DNA of 64,000 nt from Rhizomicrobium sp. Lineage in GTDB: Bacteria > Pseudomonadota > Alphaproteobacteria > Micropepsales > Micropepsaceae. A model generated the notes under the pieces. That model worked only from the letters and a program-made list of their open reading frames with translations, had not been told where the DNA came from and made no database searches. The DNA lies in assembly GCA_037200385.1 (NCBI GenBank), contig JBBCGL010000001.1:2369418-2433417 (forward strand), in the 5' to 3' direction. Both the position numbers and the translations under genes were made by a program. This document shows positions 19,212 through 29,383 of this stretch, piece after piece. Each line of letters begins with the position of its first letter. The stretch's first letter is position 1.

Positions 19212-19347
19212 CTTGTCATCCCCGGCCGAGCAATGCGTCAGCATTGCGAGGGGAAGGGGACCCAGGTCTGTCCGCACCACGGATGCGTACCGACCTGGGT
19301 CCCCTTCCCTCGCGCTCGCTCCGCTCGCACTCGCCGGGGATGACAAG
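19212..19347. repeat. Palindromic element, TGTCAT...ATGACA family
   Basis: cttgtcatccccggc...gccggggatgacaag with inner arms gaggggaaggggacccaggt / acctgggtccccttccctc. Confidence 0.85.
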
Positions 19348-19353
19348 GGGTGG

Positions 19354-21021
19354 TTAATCACGGGCGTCTCGGAACGCGTTGGTGATCGGATACCGCCGGT
19401 CGCGGCCGAAGTTTCTGGCGCTGATCTTCACGCCGGGCGGGGCCTGGCGGCGCTTGTATTCGCTGACGTAGAGCAGCTGCTCGATGCGCTTGACCGTCGC
19501 AGGATGGTAGCCCTTGGCGCAGGTCGCCTCGAAGGTCATTTCGTTCTCGACCAGGCATTCGAGGATGCCGTCGAGGATCTCGTAGGGCGGGAGGCTGTCC
19601 TCGTCCTTCTGGTTCTCGCGCAATTCGGCGCTCGGCGGCTTCTCGATGATGCGCTCGGGGATGACGCGCCCGGCCGGGCCGAGGCCATGGCGCGGGGTGC
19701 ACTGGTTGCGCCAGCGGGCGAGCGCGAAGACCTCCATCTTGTAGACGTCTTTCAGGACGTTGTAGCCGCCGCACATGTCGCCATAGAGCGTGGCGTAACC
19801 GACGCTCATCTCGGATTTGTTGCCGGTGGTGAGCACCATGGGGCCGAATTTGTTGGAGATCGCCATCAGGATCACGCCGCGGGCGCGGGACTGGAGGTTC
19901 TCCTCCGTCGTGTCGACGCGCTTGCCGGCGAAGATGGGCGCGAGCGCCTTGCCGAAGCTCTCGACGACGTCCTCAATGGCGACCGTGTCGTAATGCACGC
20001 CGAGCAGGGCGGAGCATTCGGCGGCGTCATAGAGGCTCTCGCCCGAGGTATACTTGCTGGGCAGCATCACGCAGCGCACGCGGTCGGCGCCGAGCGCATC
20101 GACCGCGACGGCGGCGCTCAGCGCGCTGTCGATGCCGCCGGACATGCCCAGCACCACGCCGGGGAAGCGGTTCTTGTTCACGTAGTCGCGCAGGCCCAGC
20201 ATCATCGCGTGATAGACGGAGTGGCTGCGCTCTTCGGTCTTCACGCGCCCGCCGGGGGCGCAGACCCAGCCGCCGGTCGGCTGGCGGGTCCATTCGGTGA
20301 TCACGAGCGTCTCTTCCCAGCCGGGCAGAAGATGGGCGGTCGAGAGATCGGCGTTGACCACAACGGAATTGCCGTCGAACACCAGCTCGTCCTGGCCGCC
20401 GACCTGGTTGAGATAGACCAGCGGCAGTTTCGTCTCGGTGACGCGGGCGGCGATCAGGTTGAGGCGGACGTCTTCCTTGCCGGCCTCGAAGGGCGAGCCG
20501 TTGGGGACGAGGAGGATCTCGGCGCCGGTCTCGGCCAGGCACTCGACGACGTCGGGCGTCCAGATGTCCTCGCACACCGGCACGCCGATGCGCACGCCGC
20601 GGATGTTGAAGGGGCCGGGCATCGGGCCCGGGACGAAGACGCGCTTCTCGTCGAACACGCCGTAATTGGGCAGGTCGACCTTGAAGGTCTTGCCCGCGAT
20701 CTTGCCGCCGTCGAGATAGAGGCAGGCGTTGTAGAGCTTGTCGTCCTCAGTCCAGGGCGCGCCGATCAGGATGGCGGGTCCGCTGTCAGCGGTGTCCTTG
20801 GCGAGCTTCTCGATCGCTTCGCGCGCGTCTTCCTGGAGGGCGGGCTTGAGGACGAGGTCCTCGGGCGGGTAGCCCACGATGAAGAGCTCGGGAAAGAGGA
20901 TGAGGTCGGCGCCGCCGGCCGCCGCCTCGGCGCGCGCCTTGCGGGCCTTGGTCAGGTTGCCGTGGATGTCGCCCATGATCGGATTGAGCTGGGCCAGCGC
21001 GATGCGAAAGGAGTCCGTCAT
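19354..21021 (-). CDS. nadE: Glutamine-dependent NAD+ synthetase
   Basis: Nitrilase-like N-domain (FPEL, KVDLPNYGVFDEKR, CEDIW) plus synthetase domain (SGGIDSA, ENLQSRARG, TGNKSE, PPSAELR). Confidence 0.96.
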   Translation of the reverse strand: MTDSFRIALAQLNPIMGDIHGNLTKARKARAEAAAGGADLILFPELFIVGYPPEDLVLKPALQEDAREAIEKLAKDTADSGPAILIGAPWTEDDKLYNACLYLDGGKIAGKTFKVDLPNYGVFDEKRVFVPGPMPGPFNIRGVRIGVPVCEDIWTPDVVECLAETGAEILLVPNGSPFEAGKEDVRLNLIAARVTETKLPLVYLNQVGGQDELVFDGNSVVVNADLSTAHLLPGWEETLVITEWTRQPTGGWVCAPGGRVKTEERSHSVYHAMMLGLRDYVNKNRFPGVVLGMSGGIDSALSAAVAVDALGADRVRCVMLPSKYTSGESLYDAAECSALLGVHYDTVAIEDVVESFGKALAPIFAGKRVDTTEENLQSRARGVILMAISNKFGPMVLTTGNKSEMSVGYATLYGDMCGGYNVLKDVYKMEVFALARWRNQCTPRHGLGPAGRVIPERIIEKPPSAELRENQKDEDSLPPYEILDGILECLVENEMTFEATCAKGYHPATVKRIEQLLYVSEYKRRQAPPGVKISARNFGRDRRYPITNAFRDARD

Positions 21022-21107
21022 GGGGAGGGTTTAGCGCGCAATTGGAGCGGGAGAAAGACGCGGCATGCGCAGAGCGGCATAGCGCCGGCCGCGATCATCG
21101 AACACCG

Positions 21108-21214
21108 TTGTCATCCCGGACGGCGCGCAGCGCCGATCCGGGACCCATCGAGCAAGTGTTGCAATGGGTCCCGGCTCGGCGCGATGCTCACGCATCGCTT
21201 GGCCGGGATGACAA
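21108..21214. repeat. Palindromic element, TGTCAT...ATGACA family
   Basis: ttgtcatcccgg...ccgggatgacaa with inner ccgggaccca / tgggtcccgg. Confidence 0.85.
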
Positions 21215-21230
21215 TCTTGCTTTGGGTAAG

Positions 21231-22199
21231 TCAGCGCGCCGCGGCCAGGGCGGCATAGCCGGCGAGGGATTGCGAGTCGGCGTGGTCGGCGGCGTCGTCG
21301 ATCGCCAGCGCGGTCTTGAGCGCCAGGCGGGCTTCCTCGGGACGGACCAGTGTGGTCTCGCCATGGCGCACGGCGCGGACGAAGGAGGCGACGGACTCGC
21401 CGAGCGGATCGCCGAGCTCCAGCGCCTTGAGCGGGCGCGGCGTGGTGTTCTTGATCTTGCGGGTAACGAAATCGATCTCGATCACCCCGTCCTTGTACTC
21501 GGCGCGCATGCCGCGGCGGCGCGCTTCGGAGATGCGGCTGGTCTCCAGATGGGCGACGGTACCGTTGGCGAAGGTGATCTCGGCTGCGACTTCGTCGGCG
21601 AGAACGCCGTGCAGCGCCTTCGACCGCGCCTCGACGCCGGTCACGGGCGACGGCACCAGCTGGTGCATCAGGTCGAGGTCGTGGATCATGAGGTCGAGCA
21701 CGACGGAGACGTCGGCGCTGCGGCCGGTCCACGGACCCATGCGCCAGCACGAGATGTCGAGCGGCACTTCCTTGTGGTCGAGCAGGCCGGTGCCGGCGAA
21801 GACGAAGCGTTCCTGGTGCCCGACGGTCAGGACGAGATTGGTGTTCGCGGCGAGTGCGATCAGCGCATCGGCCTCTTCGACCGAGGTGGCGATGGGCTTC
21901 TCGACCAGCACGTGGGCGCCGGCGTTGAGGAAGGCGCGCACGATCTCGGCATGGGTGTGGGCCGGGGTGCAGACGCTGACGAGGTCGACGACGCCCAGCA
22001 GCTCGCGCCAGTCGGCGACGGCGGGCACGCCATGGGTGGCGAGCGCGGTCTTGCGCACCTCCACCGACGGGTCGGCGATGGCGACGAGCTCGACACCGTC
22101 GAGGTGACGGTATTTCGAGGCGTGATGGCGGCCGAAAGCGCCGGCGCCGATGACGGCGGCCTTGAGCGGACCTTTGGGGCGCAGGCGGAAAGGGGACAA
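21231..22199 (-). CDS. Gfo/Idh/MocA family oxidoreductase
   Basis: VIGAGAFG, HVLVEKP, GHQERF, DLMIHDLD. Confidence 0.9.
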   Translation of the reverse strand: MSPFRLRPKGPLKAAVIGAGAFGRHHASKYRHLDGVELVAIADPSVEVRKTALATHGVPAVADWRELLGVVDLVSVCTPAHTHAEIVRAFLNAGAHVLVEKPIATSVEEADALIALAANTNLVLTVGHQERFVFAGTGLLDHKEVPLDISCWRMGPWTGRSADVSVVLDLMIHDLDLMHQLVPSPVTGVEARSKALHGVLADEVAAEITFANGTVAHLETSRISEARRRGMRAEYKDGVIEIDFVTRKIKNTTPRPLKALELGDPLGESVASFVRAVRHGETTLVRPEEARLALKTALAIDDAADHADSQSLAGYAALAAAR

Positions 22200-22346
22200 G
22201 ATGAATCTCGCCGGAATTACAGAGAGATAAGGCCCGGCCGGCCGCTCCGGAGCGACTCATAAAATGTTTCGTCTTGTTACACGGGTTGCCCCTGATAGGG
22301 TTCCGCCAACGAAGAAATCCGTCATTTCCAGGGTTAAGGAGCGTCC

Positions 22347-23366
22347 ATGGCCAACCAGACCAACCGCGAAATCCATCTCAAGAGCCGCCCCGTCGGGCTG
22401 CCTACCACTGACAACTTCGAAGTCGCCGAGACGACCGTGCCGACGCCGGGGCCAGGCCAGGTGCTGGTGCGCAATTCCTATATCTCGGTCGACCCTTATA
22501 TGCGCGGCCGGATGATGGACCGGAAGAGCTACTCGGCGCCCTTCAAGCTGGGCGAGGCGCTGCAGGGCCATGCGGTCGGCCAGGTCGTGGCGTCGAACAG
22601 CGAGACCGTGAAGGTCGGGCAGTTCGTCCAGAGCATGAATGGCTGGCGCGAGTGGTATGTCGCCGATGCCGGGCACGTACAGGCCTTCGAGCCGGCGGCA
22701 CCGATCCAGTCCTATCTCGGCGCGCTCGGCATGCCGGGGATGACGGCCTATGTCGGACTGCTGCGCATCGGGGCGCTCAAGGACGGCGAACGGGTGTTCG
22801 TCTCGGCGGCGTCGGGCGCGGTGGGCTCGATCGTCTGCCAGATCGCCAAGGCCAAGGGCTGCTATGTCGTGGGCTCGGTCGGGTCGGACGAGAAGGCGGA
22901 CTATCTGAAAAGCCTCGGCGTCGACAAGACGATCAACTACCGCACGGCCGGCGACCTCAACACGGCGGTGGGCGCGGCCTTCCCCGAAGGGATCGACGTC
23001 TATTTCGAGAATGTCGGCGGAGCGCATCTGGAAGCGGCGCTCGCCCATATGCGGCAATTCGGGCGCATCCCGCTGTGCGGGATGATCGACATGTACAACG
23101 CGGTCGAGCCACCGCCGGGTCCGCGCAACCTCGCGATGGCGATCGGGCTGGGGCTGACGTTGCGCGGCTTCATCGTGTCGAGCCACTACGACATGCTGGC
23201 CGACTTCCACCGCGACATGGCGGCGTGGATCAAGGCCGGCAAGATGACATGGCGCGAGACGGTGGTCGACGGTGTCGAGAACGCGCCGCAAGCCTTCATT
23301 GGCCTCTTCAAGGGCGACAATCTCGGCAAGATGGTCGTGCGGGTAGGTCCGGACAAGGCGGTGTGA
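22347..23366 (+). CDS. NADP-dependent oxidoreductase (CurA/YncB, prostaglandin reductase-like)
   Basis: YISVDPYMRGRM, GMPGMTAYVGL, VSAASGAVGS, YFENVGG, GKMVV. Confidence 0.92.
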   Translation: MANQTNREIHLKSRPVGLPTTDNFEVAETTVPTPGPGQVLVRNSYISVDPYMRGRMMDRKSYSAPFKLGEALQGHAVGQVVASNSETVKVGQFVQSMNGWREWYVADAGHVQAFEPAAPIQSYLGALGMPGMTAYVGLLRIGALKDGERVFVSAASGAVGSIVCQIAKAKGCYVVGSVGSDEKADYLKSLGVDKTINYRTAGDLNTAVGAAFPEGIDVYFENVGGAHLEAALAHMRQFGRIPLCGMIDMYNAVEPPPGPRNLAMAIGLGLTLRGFIVSSHYDMLADFHRDMAAWIKAGKMTWRETVVDGVENAPQAFIGLFKGDNLGKMVVRVGPDKAV

Positions 23367-23376
23367 AAAGGGGCGG

Positions 23377-23407
23377 CTTTCCTTCCCCGTAACAACGGGG
23401 AGGAAAG
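23377..23407. repeat. Short hairpin; half-copy of the 14485 element, possible bidirectional terminator
   Basis: ctttccttccccgtaacaacggggaggaaag between convergent genes; matches the right arm at ~14590-14622. Confidence 0.65.
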
Positions 23408-23413
23408 TTGGTT

Positions 23414-24166
23414 CTACTCCGCCTCAGGTGCGCTCGCCCGCAAGGTCACGAGCGCGGTGACGATGAGATAGGCCAGCGCCAGCGGCGCCAGCCCGATCAG
23501 CACCGCGCCGGTGAGATCGGTGTAGATGCTGCAGGGAATCCACGGATAGGCCGAGCCGACGAAGAGCAGCTGAAAGCCCACGATCGCGGCGATGCCATAA
23601 AGCCCCGCGAGAACCGTCGGACCGAAAGATGACGGCCGCAACGTCCGTTCCAGCCGCAGCAATCCCGCGGTGAGGCCGATGCGCGAAACGGCCGAGGCGA
23701 CGAAGATGATCGCGAGAAGCCAGGCGAAGGCCGCCGCGAAGACGCGGCCGCCGTCGAGCGTGCAGGCGTCCAGCCGGGCCGCGAGTGCGACCTGGCCGGG
23801 GACCACGGCGGCGATCGCTCCCTGCACGGCGTTGGGGATCGCGCCGCCCAGCATCGCCGGCGCGTAAGCGACCTGCGCCGCAAAGCTGGCCGCTACGAAC
23901 AGCAGGAACACGACCTCGTTGAAGCGCGGGACGAGGTGATGCGGCTTCAGCCGCGCCAGGAAAGGCTTGCCGCCGCCCGCGGAGAACGCCCCGAAGCCGG
24001 CGGCGAACAACAGACCCGTGGCCGCGAACAGCGCGAGGCATATCCCGATGCTTTGCGCGGCGGCGGCCGGCGCTTCGCCCCGTGCCAGCGCGAAATTGAA
24101 CGCATGGGCGCCCGCGAACAGGCAGAATACGATCCAGCCCTTGGCGAGAAGCCGCGCCACGCCCAT
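23414..24166 (-). CDS. Hypothetical multi-pass membrane protein
   Basis: 250 aa with about six hydrophobic segments; fills the gap between two repeats. Confidence 0.75.
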   Translation of the reverse strand: MGVARLLAKGWIVFCLFAGAHAFNFALARGEAPAAAAQSIGICLALFAATGLLFAAGFGAFSAGGGKPFLARLKPHHLVPRFNEVVFLLFVAASFAAQVAYAPAMLGGAIPNAVQGAIAAVVPGQVALAARLDACTLDGGRVFAAAFAWLLAIIFVASAVSRIGLTAGLLRLERTLRPSSFGPTVLAGLYGIAAIVGFQLLFVGSAYPWIPCSIYTDLTGAVLIGLAPLALAYLIVTALVTLRASAPEAE

Positions 24167-24195
24167 GCCAACGTGCCCCTATCGACGGCGCAGCC

Positions 24196-24307
24196 CCTCA
24201 TCCCTCGACAAGCTCAGGATGAGGGATGTGCGAATGATGCCGCCGTCCGATGACGGTGAGACCGAGGATCGGTCAAAGACCTCATCCTGAGCCTGTCGAA
24301 GGATGAG
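24196..24307. repeat. Paired palindromes (CTCATCCTGAGC-type REP-like element)
   Basis: cctcatccctcgacaagctcaggatgagg (24196-24224) and the inverted relative cctcatcctgagcctgtcgaaggatgag (24280-24307). Confidence 0.8.
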
Positions 24308-24332
24308 CAGCACGGGATTTCCTTCGATGGTT

Positions 24333-25727
24333 TTACGCGGACGCCGCGAAGCGGTCGCTTTTCATGCGTTCGGCGCGCAGGCCTTCGGCCATCAGGAAAG
24401 CAAGCTCCAGCGCCTGGCTCGCATTGAGGCGCGGGTCGCACGCGGTCTGGTAACGGTCGAAGAGGTCGATCTCCCGGATCGCCTGCGCGCCGCCCAGGCA
24501 TTCTGTGACGTCCTGGCCGGTCATCTCGAAATGGACGCCACCGGCATGGGTACCCTCGACGCGATGGACCTCGAAGAAGCTGCGCACTTCGGCGAGGATG
24601 CGGTCGACGGGACGCGTCTTGTAGCCGGATTGCAGCTTGATCGTGTTGCCGTGCATGGGATCGCAGGACCACACCACATTGGCACCTTCGCGCTTCACCG
24701 CGCGGACCAGCGGCGGCAGCTTCTCGGCGACCTTGTCCGAGCCGAAGCGCGCGATCAGCGTGAGGCGGCCCGGCTTGTTGTCGGGATTGAGCGCCGCGAT
24801 CAGCTTGAGGAGCTCGTCCTCGCCCAGCGACGGGCCGCATTTGAGACCGATGGGGTTCTTGATGCCGCGCATGAACTCGACATGCGCGCCGTCAAGCTGG
24901 CGGGTGCGGTCGCCGATCCACAGCATGTGGGCCGAGGTGTCGTACCAGTCGCCGCTCGTGGAATCGACGCGGGTCATCGCCTGCTCGAAGTTGAGCAGCA
25001 GCGCTTCGTGGCTGGTGTAGAAATCGGTGGTGCGCAGCTGCGGCACCGAATCCGGCGTGATGCCGCAGGCCGCCATGAACTCCAGCGTCTCGGAGATGCG
25101 TGCGGCGAGACCTTTATATTGTTCGCCGGCCGGCGATCCCGCGATGAAGCCCAGCATCCAGCGGTGGACATTGTGCAGGTCGGCGTAACCACCGGATGCG
25201 AAGGCGCGCAGCAGGTTGAGCGTCGCGGCGGACTGCGCGACGGATTCGAGCAGGCGCTGCGGATTGGGGGTGCGGGCCTCAGCGGTGAACTCCCCGCCAT
25301 TGATGTTGTCGCCGCGATAGGAGGGCAGCGTGACGCCGTCGCGGGTCTCGAAATCATCGGAGCGCGGCTTGGCGAACTGGCCCGCGATGCGGCCGACCTT
25401 GACCACCGGCACGCCGGCCGCGAACGTCAGCACGACCGCCATCTGCAGCAGGACGCGGAACATGTCGCGGATATTGTCGGGATGGAATTCGGCGAAGCTC
25501 TCGGCGCAGTCCCCGCCTTGGAGCAGGAAAGCCTTGCCTTCCGCCACCTGGGCGAGGCTGGACATAAGATTGCGCGCCTCGCCGGCGAAGACCAGCGGGG
25601 GGTGGGTTCTCAGCTTCGCCTCGGCCGCCTCCAGCGCCGCCGGGTCCGGATAGACCGGGACCTGCCGGATGGGCTTGGCACGCCAGCTTTGCGGGGACCA
25701 GGGCTGGGCCACGCGGGAAACCTCCAT
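24333..25727 (-). CDS. Class II 3-deoxy-7-phosphoheptulonate (DAHP) synthase
   Basis: [52 protein letters not shown]. Confidence 0.96.
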   Translation of the reverse strand: MEVSRVAQPWSPQSWRAKPIRQVPVYPDPAALEAAEAKLRTHPPLVFAGEARNLMSSLAQVAEGKAFLLQGGDCAESFAEFHPDNIRDMFRVLLQMAVVLTFAAGVPVVKVGRIAGQFAKPRSDDFETRDGVTLPSYRGDNINGGEFTAEARTPNPQRLLESVAQSAATLNLLRAFASGGYADLHNVHRWMLGFIAGSPAGEQYKGLAARISETLEFMAACGITPDSVPQLRTTDFYTSHEALLLNFEQAMTRVDSTSGDWYDTSAHMLWIGDRTRQLDGAHVEFMRGIKNPIGLKCGPSLGEDELLKLIAALNPDNKPGRLTLIARFGSDKVAEKLPPLVRAVKREGANVVWSCDPMHGNTIKLQSGYKTRPVDRILAEVRSFFEVHRVEGTHAGGVHFEMTGQDVTECLGGAQAIREIDLFDRYQTACDPRLNASQALELAFLMAEGLRAERMKSDRFAASA

Positions 25728-25802
25728 TTGGGTCCCCGGATATATGGGAAGCGGCGGCGCTTTGCCAGACGGCAGGCGCGGCGTGGTGAACGGTCTTGCC
25801 CG

Positions 25803-26159
25803 TCAGGAACCGAAAGGCGGGCGCGCACTGGCCGCGATATTGGCCAGAGTGGCGGCACAAGCGTGGCGGCGTAGCAGGCTGTAACGCACATCGAGCCGCT
25901 TTTTGAAATTCCAGTCGGGATGGTGGAGTTTGGCCCATTCGGTATAGCGAGCGAGCTCCTCCAGCCGCGCGTCGGGGCTGGACTGCGGGTCGGGGCACTG
26001 GAACTGGGCGTCGAAGCCGGCGTCGTCGAGCGCGAAGAGCGGGTCGGGGGCCTCTGGAGCGGCGGGCGGCGGGATGGCAGGCGCCGAATCGTCCTGCGCC
26101 CGCGCGGCGGTGACCGCGAGCATGCTTAGCGCGACGAATGCGATGGTGAACGAACGCAT
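25803..26159 (-). CDS. Hypothetical secreted protein
   Basis: Sec signal MRSFTIAFVALSMLAVTAARA; two Cys. Confidence 0.65.
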   Translation of the reverse strand: MRSFTIAFVALSMLAVTAARAQDDSAPAIPPPAAPEAPDPLFALDDAGFDAQFQCPDPQSSPDARLEELARYTEWAKLHHPDWNFKKRLDVRYSLLRRHACAATLANIAASARPPFGS

Positions 26160-26206
26160 GGCAGCCCCCTACCCTTGCGCGGGAGATTAGATGGATACAC
26201 CCTCAT

Positions 26207-26264
26207 TGTCATGGCCCGCGCCCTTCGACGCTGCCTGCGGCGTCGAAGGGCGCGGGCCGTGACA
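26207..26264. repeat. Compact palindrome, TGTCAT family
   Basis: tgtcatggcccgcgcccttcgacgc-tgcct-gcggcgtcgaagggcgcgggccgtgaca. Confidence 0.8.
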
Positions 26265-26278
26265 GTGGTGTGTTTGTG

Positions 26279-27154
26279 TCAGACGACTTCCTTCCGCTGC
26301 CGCACCGCGTTGAACACCTCTGTCGGGACGGCGAGCATGGGCGCGGCGGCATAGAGCTGGCGCAGTTCGGCGAAGTTGGCGTCGGGGTTTGCGGTCAGGG
26401 CGGCGAGCTTGTCAAACAGCTCGGCGCGTGCCGGGGCGATGGCTTCGCCCGGTTGGGGCATGAAGCCCCAGACGTCCCAGGGGAGCATCTCGATGCCGTT
26501 CAGCGATGCGAAGTCGCGCAGGACGTTGCCGGCGACGAACCATTCGCCTTTCATATCCATGATGCCGAAACGGCTCGCGTCGGCCTTGCCAGCGCGGATC
26601 TGGCGCCAGGCTTCGCCGGCGATGAGGAATTGTGCGCGCGGGACATCGAGCGGATCGAATTCCAGGCGCAGCATGGCGCGCTGGGCGGCGTCGAGCTGGG
26701 CGTCGACGAACTGCCACGCGTCGCCGTTCCAGTACTCGATCACCCAGTGGTCGACTTCCATCTTGGCGTCGAAATAGCGGGCGAAGCCGCAGCGGGCGCG
26801 GGCGGGAATGCCGGCACGGCGAAAAAGGCTCACGCCCAAGATCGAGAAATGGCGGCAATTGCCGACCATGCGCTGATAGAGCGTACGCACGAACGCAAGC
26901 GGACGCGGATCGTGGCTGTGCAGCAGCGCCAGCATGCCGGGGACCGAACGAGTATGGGTCTCGGCGATGCGCGCCTCGTTCAGGCGCATGCGGTAGGCGG
27001 GCGCCCAATGCTGATGCAGCAGCAGGTTCTGGATGTAGGCGACGATGCCGGGGATGTCGGTGGGTGCGTCCTTGAGCAGCGCGTCGCGTTCGCCGGGATC
27101 GGTCATGCAGTGCTGGCGGGTATAGAAACCGGCGATCTCAAGCGGGAGCGGCAT
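26279..27154 (-). CDS. Transglutaminase-like domain protein
   Basis: GNCRHFS...GIPARARCGF...DHWVIEYW...VDAQ gives a Cys-His-Asp triad. ATG at 27154 behind AGGAG. Confidence 0.85.
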   Translation of the reverse strand: MPLPLEIAGFYTRQHCMTDPGERDALLKDAPTDIPGIVAYIQNLLLHQHWAPAYRMRLNEARIAETHTRSVPGMLALLHSHDPRPLAFVRTLYQRMVGNCRHFSILGVSLFRRAGIPARARCGFARYFDAKMEVDHWVIEYWNGDAWQFVDAQLDAAQRAMLRLEFDPLDVPRAQFLIAGEAWRQIRAGKADASRFGIMDMKGEWFVAGNVLRDFASLNGIEMLPWDVWGFMPQPGEAIAPARAELFDKLAALTANPDANFAELRQLYAAAPMLAVPTEVFNAVRQRKEVV

Positions 27155-27320
27155 GGCGATAGGTCTCCTGAAACCGTCGTCAGGGTAGCGAAGGTCGCGG
27201 CGCATTTCCCGACCGATCTTGCGACAATTTGGGCTTGCGGTGTTACCCGTGGCGTTCGCCGGGAGCGGACGATAGCGTAACGCAAGCGCGGCCTTTCCGA
27301 GCCGCCATTCGGGAGAGACC

Positions 27321-28904
27321 ATGGACACCTCGGATCCGCAATTCCTCGAAGCGCTGCTCGCCCATGCGAGCGTCGGGATGGTCAGCGCCTTCTGGGCACG
27401 GGTGAAGCCGGGCGCGACCGCGATCTGGGACCGCTTCGGCGAACACTCCTATGCCGAGGTTAACGCCAATTCGAACCGGCTGGCGCGGGTACTGCGCGGC
27501 GCGGGACTGCAGCCCGGCGATGGCGTGGCGCTGTTCTGCACCAACCGGACGGAGTTCGTGGAGACGCTGAACGCCTGTCGCCGCTCGGGCCTGCGCGTGA
27601 CGCCGGTGAACTGGCATCTGGCGCCCGATGAGATCGCCTACATCCTGAACGACTGCGAGGCGCGCGCACTGGTGGCGGAGACCAAGTTCGGGACCCTCCG
27701 CGAGGCGGTGAAGCAGGCGCCGGAGATCGGCCTCAAACTGTCCGTGGGCGGATTGTCGGACGGGTTCGAGGACTACGACAGCGCGCTCGACGGCGTCGAC
27801 GGGCGCGACCTGCCCGATCCGCAGATGGGCAGCCAGATGCTTTACACCTCTGGCACCACGGGCCGGCCCAAAGGCGTGCACCGGCCGCATGGCGTCGCAA
27901 CACCGCCGCAATTCGCCGGCTCGAACGCGAACTACGATCCGGACAGCGACGTGCAGATGTGCGCGGGGCCCGGCTATCACGCCGCGCCGCTCGCCTTCGA
28001 CATCGCGGTTCCGCAGGCCAGCGGCGTGCCGATCGCCTTTCTGGGGGAGCGCTGGGATACCGAAGAGGTGTTCCGCACCATCGAGACGCGGCGCGTGACG
28101 CACGCGCATCTGGTGCCGATCATGATGCAGCGCATGCTGGCGGCATCCGACGACCTGAAGAAGAGATACGACCTGTCGAGCCTCAAGCTGATCATCCATG
28201 GCGCGGCGCCCTGCCCGCCGGAGATCAAGCGCGCGATGATCGACTGGCTGGGACCCAAGCTCTTCGAGTACTACGCGGGCAGCGAGGGCGGCGCCGGGTT
28301 CTATATCCGCGCCGAGGAATGGCTGCAGAAGCCCGGCAGCGTGGGCAAGCGGCCGACCCTGCAACGGGTCAAGATCCTCGACGAGGAGGGCAACGAATTG
28401 CCCAGCGGCCAAGCGGGTCTGATCTACCACGAGACGCAGAAGGCCAATCCGTTCTCCTATTACAGGGACGACAAGAAGACCGCCGCGTCGCATCGCGGCG
28501 ATTTCTTCACCCTGGGCGATATCGGTTATTTCGACGCGGACGACTATCTGTTCCTCACCGGGCGCTCGGCGGAGATCATCATCTCGGGCGGGGTGAACAT
28601 CTATCCGCAGGAGGTAGACAACGAGATCCTCAAGCACCCGGCGGTCGAGGACGTCTGCACCATCGGCGTGCCCGACGCGGAATGGGGCGAGGCGGTGAAG
28701 GCCGTCGTGATGCTGAAGCCGGGCTGGGTGGGAAGCGAGGACCTCAAGCAGGAGATCATCGCCTCGGTGCGCGGCCGGCTGGCCGGCTTCAAGGTTCCGC
28801 GCAGCATCGATTTCGTCGCCGCGCTGCCGCGCAGCGCCGCCGGCAAGATCAAGCGCGGCGACGTGCGCAAGCCCTTCTGGGAGGGCCGCAAGGTGCAGAT
28901 TTAG
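27321..28904 (+). CDS. Acyl-CoA synthetase / AMP-binding protein
   Basis: YTSGTTGRPKG, EYYAGSEG, TLGDIGY, IISGGVNIYPQE, GKI. Confidence 0.92.
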   Translation: MDTSDPQFLEALLAHASVGMVSAFWARVKPGATAIWDRFGEHSYAEVNANSNRLARVLRGAGLQPGDGVALFCTNRTEFVETLNACRRSGLRVTPVNWHLAPDEIAYILNDCEARALVAETKFGTLREAVKQAPEIGLKLSVGGLSDGFEDYDSALDGVDGRDLPDPQMGSQMLYTSGTTGRPKGVHRPHGVATPPQFAGSNANYDPDSDVQMCAGPGYHAAPLAFDIAVPQASGVPIAFLGERWDTEEVFRTIETRRVTHAHLVPIMMQRMLAASDDLKKRYDLSSLKLIIHGAAPCPPEIKRAMIDWLGPKLFEYYAGSEGGAGFYIRAEEWLQKPGSVGKRPTLQRVKILDEEGNELPSGQAGLIYHETQKANPFSYYRDDKKTAASHRGDFFTLGDIGYFDADDYLFLTGRSAEIIISGGVNIYPQEVDNEILKHPAVEDVCTIGVPDAEWGEAVKAVVMLKPGWVGSEDLKQEIIASVRGRLAGFKVPRSIDFVAALPRSAAGKIKRGDVRKPFWEGRKVQI

Positions 28905-28986
28905 GGGCGATTTCGCTTCGCCTGCCAAAGAGTGTATCGAGAGGCGGGCGCCGAACCGGCGCCGGTTCCCTTTAGCGGCCAGCGGC

Positions 28987-29370
28987 GTGACCAGCGGACG
29001 ATCCAAGCTCATCGAGCGTTATCTCTATGCCTTCGACTGGGATGTCGAAGCGATCTGGGGACTGTCGCTCGGCGTCGAGGAGCGCCCCATCGCGGATCTG
29101 GCATGGATGCTGGAACTGCCCATATGGCCCGGACCGCAAGGCCCCTATTCGCTGACGCCGCTCGAGGTCCTCGCGGCGCCCAAGGTGCATAGCGCGGAAT
29201 TCGTCCGCCTGGCGCGCTCCGATACCTCTTATCCGATCGACATCGCCTGGCACGAAGACCGCTGGGTCGTGCTGGACGGCGTGCACCGCCTGGCGAAGCT
29301 CCACCGCGACGGCGCGCAAACTGTGCGGGTGCGGGTGGTGCCGCAGACGATGCTGATCAAGCGGGCTTGA
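28987..29370 (+). CDS. Small hypothetical protein with ParB/sulfiredoxin-like motif
   Basis: YPIDIAWHEDRWVVLDGVHRLAK resembles the ParB_N/Srx PIxV...xxDGxHR core. Confidence 0.6.
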   Translation: MTSGRSKLIERYLYAFDWDVEAIWGLSLGVEERPIADLAWMLELPIWPGPQGPYSLTPLEVLAAPKVHSAEFVRLARSDTSYPIDIAWHEDRWVVLDGVHRLAKLHRDGAQTVRVRVVPQTMLIKRA

Positions 29371-29383
29371 AGCGCCCGCAGCA

